From the human T2T-CHM13v2.0 reference genome, Homo sapiens: a stretch of DNA of 64,000 bases. The stretch lies in NCBI RefSeq assembly GCF_009914755.1, contig NC_060932.1; one strand, written 5' to 3'. The notes beneath the pieces were generated by a model that was given only the letters and a program-made list of their open reading frames with translations, made no database searches and had not been told where the DNA came from. Positions 53,436 through 64,000 of this stretch are shown here, one piece after another. Made by a program: the position numbers and the translations under genes. Every line of letters begins with the position of its first letter. Position 1 is the first letter of the stretch.

Positions 53436-53950
53436 AGCTCTGTACTGCACAGTATGGTAGCCACTAGCTTAAAATGTGGTTAGTCAGAATTGCAATGTGA
53501 GTAAATATAAAATGCATGCCACATTTTAAGGACTTAGGATGAAAAAAACATATGGAATATATCATTAATAATTGATATAGGTTATACTGATTACTGCTTA
53601 AAGTGACAATATTTTGAATACATTATGTTAAATAAAATGTATTACTATAATTATTTTTTCCCATTTATTTTACATTTTTTAAATGTGGTTACCAGAAAAC
53701 TTAAAATTACATATATGGCTTGCATTATAATTCTATTGGACAAGGCTGGTCAAGACCAGCCAGTAACTGATTGCCCACATGCAAGACATCTGTTTTTGTA
53801 AATAAAGCTTTATTAGAAAACATGCCACTAATTTCTATGGTGGCTTTCCAGCTACAACAGCAGAGTTCTGTAGTTGCAACAGAACCCTTATGGTCCACGA
53901 GCCTAAAATATTTACCATCTGGCCCTTTAAGGAAAAGTTTGTTGACTCAT
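53436..53950. mobile_element. Adjacent hAT-Charlie MITEs: MER33-like (~53436-53748) and MER58A-like (~53757-53950)
   Basis: ggtagccactagc...ttctattggacaaggctg, and gtaaataaagctttattag...aaatatttaccatctggcccttta, match recalled consensus sequences. Confidence 0.75.
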
Positions 53951-55096
53951 ATTCTAGAGCAGTAATTTTTAACCTTTTTTAAAAACCATGACCCACAATA
54001 AGAAACATTAATATCATGACCCAACAAACACACATCTGAAACAAAAGTTTTACAAAACAAAGTTTCACAAATCCTTTCTATGTATTTTCATATTTTCTGT
54101 TCTGTTCTGTTTTGTTAAAATAAACTGCTGGTCAGTAAACTGCTAGTGACCCACTCAAGTGACTTAGCCATTCATTCATTACTAGTTATTTAAGTAACAT
54201 TGCTCAAGGACATATACCCAAAAATGGAGTGACTGGATTATAGGAATGTGTGTATTTAACTTTACAAGATTCATCACATTGTTGTCCTGTGTGTGAGTTT
54301 ACCAATCTACAGTCTCACAAACAGTGTGAGAGAGTTCCTATTTCCCTATATCTTTAACAAAATCTGACGTTGTCAGTCTGATCTGATGGGTATGAAATGA
54401 AATCTTGTTTTATTTACAATCTGATCATTCATAATTTTAATAATCTTTTCATGTGTTGAGTGGCCTTTCTTGTTTCATTTGTGAGTTGCCTGTTCATTTC
54501 CATTTTAAAAATGGGGTCATTTGTCTGTTTCTTAGATTTATAGGCACTCTTTTTTATTCTGCCTACCAGTACTTTATTAGTAATGCGGGTTGCAAAGATG
54601 TGAGTTGGCCACTCCAAGGTTTGTTTTTTTTCACTTTTTAATGGTGACTTTTATGTTATGAGGCAGAAGTTTTAAATTTTAAAGTAGTCAGATTTATCTT
54701 TTTCTTTATATTGCTATTTTTTAGCCCTTATTTTAAAAATTATTTCCTACCCCAAGTTCATAAAGTTTTCTCGTTATTTTTTCTGATGAATTTAAAATTT
54801 AATGGGTGTTTCTTTTCTGTTGAAAATTCGTGTTTCTACACGGTATGAGATATGGCTCTACTTTCTTTTTTTCTTCACATCATAAATAGCTGGTGTAAGT
54901 ACCATGAATTGACTTGTTAATCCTCCAGTCTGTTTCTTGGGTCTGTGTCCTGGAAATGTTGGTCCTAGATTTATCAGAACCAGATCTTTACTGATCTCAT
55001 TTATACAGCAACTGGTCCTTGATGGTTTTACAGGGTAGTTTTCGCAATCTTTCAGAGAACACATAATGTTTCTCTTATAAAAATTACCTGAGATAA

Positions 55097-55741
<645 letters not shown>

Positions 55742-57956
55742 GTCATTTTATAATTCTATTTTAACCTTTATATCCAAATTGGACAAGGACAGGACAAGAA
55801 AGAAAAATTATGGGCTAGCCTCTATTTGAATGTAAATGTAAAAATCTTAAACTAAATATGAGTAAAACTGAATCCAGCAATGTGTAGTAAAATAAGTTCA
55901 TACAACATGTGCAAGGATGGCTTAATTAAGAAAAGCTATTAACATAACTCATCACATTCACAGAGTAAAGGAGAAACATGATATGATTTTTTTCCCATAG
56001 ATGTAGAAAAGGCATTTAATAAACCCTAATAGCCAAAAATGATTTTGAAATACAAAACCTTAGAAAACTTGAAATAGAAATAAACATCCTTAGCCTGATA
56101 AAGTGCGTCTACTGAAATCTGTAGTAAATATACGCTTAGTATTGAAGGATCCCTTGTACTGCCTGTGTGTGGAGTTCCCTCTTTGTATCTGGCACCTGAG
56201 AATTGTTCTTTCTTTTAATCTTGGCTGTTACTTTAAGTAAGTATGTGTGTGTGTGTGCATATGTATATGAATATATATATATGCTCATACATACACATGT
56301 TTATGTATTTTTTGGTTTTGTCTATTTACATACATTTCATGAAGTTTGTGGAGTGGGAAGCTGTGCCAGCTCTGTAGCCATGGTGCTGTAGTTTCTCCCT
56401 TAGTGATTTTCTGGGCCTGAAGACCAAGAAACTCTAGAAACCACTTTGGAAGGGGCAAAGTAGGGGATAGCCACAGAGCTGGCTCTGGCTTCTCTCCTAG
56501 ACTGAGGAGTTGTTATGCATGACTTCATATCCTGGCTTCCCTTGGAGAAAACTATTAGTGATAGATCTGATGTGGATATAAGAATATTGTATGAAACTGT
56601 CTGATTTTATTTTGCCAGGAGATTAGGCAAGGATCAGCTACTGCCATAGCATTTCCTAAGGAATTGATATTTCCAAGGTTCCCACAGCGATACTGAGATA
56701 CAAAGATGAAGATTAGTCATAATGTTGCCTTCACTGTCACATTTTTTTTTTTGACAGATTTAACACAGTTTAAAAGTACGATTCTAAGGGTTGGGAGTGG
56801 GGAGAGGGACGTGTTTTCAAGGAGCACTTTTTGTGGTAGCGAACAAACTTTAAACCCTCCTGTTGATACACAGGGGATTCCCGTGACTATGAAAATTAAA
56901 ACAGGGCCTGGCAATGTTGAACACAAAGAACAGCCAATAAATTCTTGACCGTAAGGTCATGCGCATTAAATAAGGCAGTTCTGATGCCAAATCAGTACTG
57001 TACTGTATATTTCCCATAGCAGATATTGAGATATGGATCTGCCGTAGAAGGAACAGGAATGTCATCAGGAAATATCAGTTCAGACAAATGTGGGTTTCCA
57101 CCAGCAGGGGAAGAGCTGGACCTGGTGTGGATCTGTCTCCCTTCATGGTGAGAATGTCAGATCAGAAATGAATATTCATGTGGCCCTTGGAAAGTGGGAA
57201 GGAGAAATCAATAAGCTAAACACCCAACCTAATAATAGAACTGTTTTCTCCAATGTGAGTGTTTTTCTCTTGAAGTTGGTATTTCTGTCCTTGATCTGTT
57301 GGTGATGCTATTTAGAGATGCAACAAAAGATTTCACAGAAAAGCAAAAGGTTGGTTCCATTGTTCTGGAATAAGGGTTATGTCAATTTGTTTCTATCTAA
57401 GCATGTCACTGGAAGTCTGGTTCACATTTAAAGTTTTCCTTAATTCCAAGAAACAATCTAGACCCTTTGAAGCTTTGGCAAAAGAGTACCAGGTAAAAAA
57501 AGAAATCCCACTTGTAAAGGCCTAGTTTGCAATTCATTTGTCCTGGGATCTTGCAAAAACAACCCAATATCTGTATGTCTCTATACATTGGTGTGTATGA
57601 TAATATCTTTATTTTTCTTTGTAGAGATTTTACACAGGATATAATAAGTGACACAACTGTTTTGGCAGATGGGGTCAGAATATGAAGGCAATTCCTTCCA
57701 TGTAAGAATTTTGGTGCTTGTTTAAATTTAATAGACTCGCTTCTCCTAACCACACTCTGGAAGTCTCCTGTCATTCATGCACATAAGAACTCAGAAGAGA
57801 ACCTCTACTGTCTCCCCAAAATCTTTTTTTTTTCTTTTAATAAACTTGCTGACATTGGCCAGGTTTCAAGAGCATGGTAAGTTCATGATCCATCAGCCTG
57901 GTTTCTGAATGGAAATCCAATGAGTTATTTGTATTGTTTGTTCCTACCTTTTCCAG

Positions 57957-58114
57957 GCACCTTCTAAAAATGAACAAGAGCAGCTCTGATTTGGAAAAAG
58001 TGAGCCAGGGCTCTGCAGAAAGCCTCAGCCCATCCTTCAGGGGTGTCCACGTCAGCTTCACCACCGGCTCCACGGACAGCCTGGCCTCAGACTCTAGGAC
58101 CTGCAGCGATGGAG
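57957..58114 (+). CDS. PRAG1: PRAG1 coding exon (exon 4); gene continues beyond the window
   Basis: Acceptor cctaccttttccag|G completes the Arg codon from exon 3, then reads HLLKMNKSSSDLEKVSQGSAESLSPSF...CSDG. Donor GAG|GTAACA; 158 nt. Confidence 0.93.
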
Positions 58115-58464
58115 GTAACAAACTTGACATTGACGGAGAGGCTTAGATTCTCCTGGACCTTCAAGACCAGTCCTGCGTTGCTTGCGGGATTGGAAGGGCT
58201 GAGCAAGGACTACTGTCTTGGTCCTGCTTTCTCAATGAAGTAGACTCTTCCAGGGAGCTGTTGAAGTCAATTATCTACTGAATATATGGCAAGCCAGCCC
58301 ATCCATATTGCCCTCTCCAAATTATAAGAGTGTGGACGTGGCAACATGGTGGGAGGAAGATGAGGTTGAAAGGCTCCTATTTCCTTGGGTAATGAGCCAT
58401 CTGTGTACAGGCCTGCTTTTTACTTCTGTCCTCAGGATGGGTCCTAAACCACACATTCTCACTA

Positions 58465-58495
<31 letters not shown>

Positions 58496-60088
58496 TGCAT
58501 CTACATGTGCATGTACCCACATGTACACACTTACTGGACACAGCAGATGTTTACATAATGTTTGCTGAATTAAGCATGAAGACTACATTAGGCCACCATC
58601 TAGCCTGCTTTTTGGATTAAGCTCTAAGGCCTATGGGTGGGTCTGTCCTCCACTGGGCATGTCCCTAAAAAGGAACTCTTGTTTTTCCATAGTTGTGGCC
58701 TGGATGGGTCATATTTAAAACCTCTCACCCTTTCAGCATTCTTTGTGTATGTGTCCTCTCCTGCGTTTCTCTTAGACTTGCGTTAGCATGTTGGATTTAG
58801 ACTTGTACTCACATGACTTCCTTTTTCAGTCCTATGGAAATATTTCTTCTCAATAGGCAATGACACAGTAGAGGGTTCCATTGCAAATTTACTGTCAGCA
58901 ACATTATTCTACCTAAACAATAGGTACTGGCTGAGACAAAAGAGTGTGTTATAAGTCAGTCTGTGGTGTGTTCTGATGAGAAACCTCTGACAGTTCTTAC
59001 TTAAAAACAGGAAATATCTTAGTCTTGATTTGGGAGGAATGTAGCAACAACAGATTTTCTTTTTCTGTAGATTTTTCTAGGCTCTTATCTTCTTCCTTTT
59101 CCCAGCCCATTGTATAACAAATTCAACAAGGCAGATTATTCCATAGAGGGCAGTGCATCTCGACCACGAGCCCCTGTGCTGGTTAGCTCTGATCCACTCT
59201 CTTGGAGATTGTAACCAGTTCTGGGGAGTGATCTACAATGAACCATCAGTCACCAACCAGCGGGTGTCAGGCGAACTGGACTTCATGGCTTCACCACTTT
59301 GTTTCCCAGAACCAGTAAACCATGACGTCCACTCGCAGGGTTCCTAAGAACTGACTAGGAAAGATAAGGTTAAAACACATGGTACATGGGTGGATGGGAT
59401 ATGGTAGGATATTGGGCAGCCCAGAACATGAGTGCTTCTTATAAAGGCTTCCAGAAGAGACAGAAATCAATGAAGGCTGGTGGAGGGTTTAGGGAAGACT
59501 TTATGAGAACATGGGACTTAGAGATCAGATCTGAAATGTGGCCAGAACTGGGGAGGTAGGGGGTGAGGAGGAGAGGGCTTTCCAGGTTTAGAGAACAATA
59601 AAAGAGAAACAAAGCCACAGGGATGGCAGTGCATGTGGGAGAAGGATGAGACCAGTCTGACATGCTTCAATAGACACCGGCAAGGGGAAATGGGACATGA
59701 GCTTGGTGGGAAGCAGGGGCTGAATTGTACACGGCTCTCACAGCAATCTGTGCAGGTGGGAGACAGAGAGCTGCCGGAGGTTTGTGAGTTCAATGCTGGA
59801 GGTTTGCGAGTTCAACGGGGAAACCTATTCAGACGTTTTCTCATGTTCGTTTCTGAATAACATGAATTAAAATGAATATATTGTCGTGGTATTCCTTTAT
59901 CACAAGCTAGTTGTTCAGTAGAAATGCATTTCAAAACTTAGACTCCCAGACCAACAAGAAGATATGTACCTTGTCCCTGGACTCTAGCCCCTGAGAGCCA
60001 ACCATTCTATCTGCTGCCCCTGGACATGGCTCTCTGTACCCGGAACCATGTTTTGAAACTGGCAAGAGACCAAAGGCATGACATTCTT

Positions 60089-60121
<33 letters not shown>

Positions 60122-60620
60122 TCTTTTTGACATCTTTTAAACATTAATCATTAATCTGGAGAATATACAGAACTACTGGTCATGTAATATGAGAAATCCT
60201 TCATTCACTTCTCACCGCTTACCAAGGCAGCTTAGATTTGTTATTGCACAATTATCTTCCAGTCCCATGGGTCCTTAACTCACTTTTATCTTGTAACTGA
60301 AATATTTATCCATTGCAACTTTAGTTACTGTTTGGCATGCAGTACCAAAGCTGAGAGATTAGATCCAAATAGAAAAAGAACTAGTTCACGCTGAAGTTCT
60401 TTGAAACTTGAATGTAGTGTCTGCCTTTCTAATATTATACATTAAGCCAAAAGATACCATTAGACTCTTCTACATTTATTTTGTCAGTAAGAATCTGCTA
60501 GTGAAAACTATGCGTTTCATTGACTTTTTCCATCCACAGTATAGGCTGGCCTGAATGAATGGAGGAAAAAGTCATTCCAGGGCATATCATGATAGTAGTT
60601 TGTGTAAACTTCTTGGAAAT

Positions 60621-61040
60621 GTATCAGCGTTAATGGCTAAAGTTAGTGATTCATGCTTTATGTCGGAGGTGGGGGGAGGGGGGAAAGGGGTGTGGGGAGG
60701 GGAGTGGGGGGAAGGTTTTAGTTGTATAAGGAAAACCCTAATAGAAATCTCTAACTTTGTTACATTTTTAAAACAGGTGTTTATTCTAAATGTTTCAGTG
60801 GCAAAATGCCACTTTTGTGTCAATGTTAATTTCACCTTTTTATACTTTTATCAGAGTCAATGGCTGAAGTTAATGATTTGCGTTTTATGGGTGGGGGGAG
60901 GTTTTAGTTGTATAAGGAAAACCTAATCGAAATCTCTTACTTTGTTACATTTTTAAAACAGGTGCTTATTCTAAATGTTACAGTGGCAAAATGCCACTTT
61001 TGTATCAATGTTAATTTCACCTCTTTATACTTGTATCAGA
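60621..61040. repeat. Tandem duplication of a ~190-bp unit (60621-60848; 60849-61040)
   Basis: Both copies read tatcag.gt.aatggct.aagtta.tgatt...ggttttagttgtataaggaaaacc...agtggcaaaatgccact...ttcacct.tttatactt. Confidence 0.95.
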
Positions 61041-62514
61041 TTACATATTCCTCCAGTGCATCTGTTATCCCATTTGTCCAATTCAGTTGAACAGCCAGTC
61101 AACTCAGTGCAAGGAAAATTTGTCGAAGCAGTTGTTTGGTTTATGCTTGGTTTAGGAGGTACAGACTGCATGTGTCAGGACAGATCCATGAAGGCTGCCA
61201 AGGGGAAGGTTTTTGCAGGGAATGGATGGTTGGACGTGTGAGGGAAATGATGATCAGAAATGGTCATCAAGAGACCTTTTTGCTTTAAGTGGTTACTTGT
61301 AAATTTGCAAACCTAATGTCTCATTGAGATCATTTCCCTCTTTGATGTAGGATACCATTAAAATTCAGTTCAGCAGTTCGGCAAACATTTCTGAATGCCT
61401 GGAGATTAGAGAAGATTAGAGAGTTCTCTGTTGAACTGAAACCATTGGCACCAGCAATAGATAAGAAGTCTGAAAATACAGTTCATATAGATATTCTCAC
61501 TTGCATGAATACATGTACCAGGGCAGTGATACCATTCTTATTTTTATAGCTGGCAAACCAGAGATACAGAACACTAATTAAATATATTGACAGTAGTCAG
61601 TCAGCTTGTTTTTCTCAACAAGCTGACTACTACTGGCAAATTTTTAAGAAATGTATATTAATGCAGTCATTCATTTGATAGATATTGTTGATTGCAAACT
61701 CTGTGCTGGGTACAATTCTAGATGCTGAAGTTTCAGCAATGGAAATAATTCCCAGTCCCTTCAAGGGGCTTACATTCTGGTAGGAGAGATAGACAATAAG
61801 AAAGATAAGATGTAAAGTAGCTACTGGTCAGAAGGCAGCGAGTGCCAGGAGAAAAATCAAGCCAGGAACAGGGTGGGGAGGGGTGGAAGTGCTCCAAAGG
61901 AAAAAAACATTTATTTTTAAAAATTTTCTGTGGCCTGAGCTATAATATCACTGAAGTGAAGCTTCAACTTCATTTAAACCTTCCCCGTTAAACTGAATTT
62001 TAAATAATATATTATTGTTCCAATAAAGTCAATACTTTTTTTTTATAAAAATTCAAACAACAGAGAAAGGAATAAAATGAAAAGTCAGTTTTCTGACACC
62101 CCATCCCAGCTCCTACCATCACTTTTAAGATTTTTTTCTGTATCATCCCAAAAATGTGTATCCATATGTGAAATATAAAATTCAGTTCTACAGATTTTTG
62201 CACTTTATCTTGGGGCCTTTCAAATGAGAACCCCTAGGACTGCCTCATTTTTTGAAATTGCTGCTTATTTTTCATTATATTATTTGGTTATAAATCCCTC
62301 TCTTGCTGATGCATGTCTAGGTTGATTTCATTGCAAGACTTACAGTAAGACTCTGTGCCATACATTGGCATGATTTGGTGAGCAAATCTGTAAGATAAAT
62401 CCTTAGAAGAAGTGGAACTGACATATCAAACTGTATGTGTATTTTAAATAAATATTACCAAAGTATCCTCTAAAAATGTCTATTTACTTTTCCATCACAG
62501 CATCTGAAAAGTGC

Positions 62515-63430
62515 CTTTTTTTTTTCGAGACAGAGTCTTGCTCTGTTGCCCAGGCTGGAGTGGCACAATCTCTGCTCACTGCAAGCCCCACCTCCAGGGT
62601 TCAAACAGTTCTCCTGCCTCAGCAGCTAGGACTGCATGCGCGCCACCACGCCTGGCTAATTTTTCTATTTTTAGTAGAGACGAGTTTCGCCATGTTGGCC
62701 AGGCTGGTCTCAAACTCCTGACCTCAAGTGATCCGCTCACCTCAGCCTCCCAAAGTGCTAGAATTACAGGCATGAGCGACTGTGCCCGGCATGGAAAGTG
62801 CTTTGAATTAACTTTTAATTTTACTAACTCGGAAGAAAACCATTAATGATTATGTTATAACAGGAGATTGAAAGATCATAATTCCAGGACCACATGTGAG
62901 CTGTAGGCAGGGCATTCGAGATACTTAGAGCCTGTTTTCCAAAGTGAGACAGAGCTTTCTCTTCTTTCGCATGTAAATCACATTCACATCTTGATTATTG
63001 TTTCCTGGGATGATTAAGTGGTCTGGAGAGACTCCTCACAAATGCCACATTTTCCATCCAGTTGTAAAATGCTAATAACCTGCTTCCAGTTTCAGAACAC
63101 GTTTATCTTCTTGAAAAAAGCAAAGGTTTCTTTTAAAGAAATGCTTTTTTTTTTTTGAGATGGAGTCTCACTCGGTCACCAAGGCTGGAGTGCAGTGGTG
63201 CAGTCTCAGCTCATTGCAACCTCCACTTCCAGGCTCAAGTGGTTATTGTGCCTCAGCCTTCTGAGTAGCTGGGATTACAGGCACACACCACTATGCCCAG
63301 CTAATTTTTGTATTTTTAGTAGAGACAGGGTTTCACCATGTTGGCCCCTCAAACTCCAGACCTCAGGTGATCCGCCTGCCTCAGCTCACCAAAGTACTGG
63401 GATTGCAGGCATGAGTCACTGAGCCCGGCC
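62515..63430 (-). mobile_element. Two antisense Alus (62515-62790; 63145-63430)
   Basis: Alu consensus. Confidence 0.92.
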
Positions 63431-64000
63431 TGCTTTGCTTTTTGTTTTTGTTTTTTCTTCTACATTTCATGTTGAACCTGCTCTGACTGTGGAACCAAAC
63501 AAGAGATTGCAAAACTTGCCTTCAGAGGAACAAGTCCGTGTGAAGCCAAAGCATCCCTCTGCCCCACCCTTCATCCTCTCTGATGCAGGAATAGTTAATG
63601 GGGGTTGGCAGAAACCTGCATGACAGCCACTTCCTGGGTGATATTGGCAAGGTGCCCGTGCAGATGGCTTTAGTTTTCTCACCTCTCACATGAGAGAATT
63701 GCACTAGGGCCCCAGGGCACAGGGTATGGGTGAGGTTTTCTCCATCCATATTCCACTTGCTTTACCTTACTCAAAGTTGGAGAATGGTCAAACACAAAAG
63801 CTAAACGTTTGGGGAGACTTAGTTGGGACGCTGCCCTTTGCTTCTGCATTTGTTCTGACCCAGCTGCTATCACACAGCAGAGCTGTGCAAAGAAAGAGCC
63901 AAAACAGGACTGACCACTTCCTCTGTCAGCTCAGCTCTCATTTTGGCTGCAGAGAACAATGAAAGTGCCTATTAAAACCCAGCAAGAAGAGAGGACTCTA

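Overview
Primate (most likely human) genomic DNA containing the 5' part of PRAG1 (SGK223/pragmin/NACK/PEAK2) on the + strand. It includes a CpG-island promoter with a non-coding first exon (donor after 11277) and coding exons at 15851-16180, 19520-21345 and 57957-58114. Splice phases join cleanly; the pseudokinase exons lie beyond the window. The rest is mostly interspersed repeats (about 35 Alus, L1, L2, MIR, MaLR LTRs, hAT/Mariner MITEs). Intron 3 holds a nested L1 > MER21 > HERV-IP/LTR10-type provirus in the same orientation as the gene. The most notable observations are: (1) a spliced 57-codon uORF, invisible to the ORF track, that overlaps the first in-frame AUG and stops 17 nt before Met14; (2) four abutting p53 half-sites in the proviral 5' LTR versus two in the 3' LTR, with a possible splice route to an in-frame AUG in exon 4; (3) a 74-bp RT fragment copied into gag; (4) inverted Alus bracketing exons 2-3; (5) an inverted ~170-bp duplication and a tandem ~190-bp duplication. 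Repeat subfamily names come from recalled consensus sequences and repeat boundaries are approximate. No databases were searched, so the novelty of any finding is unverified.
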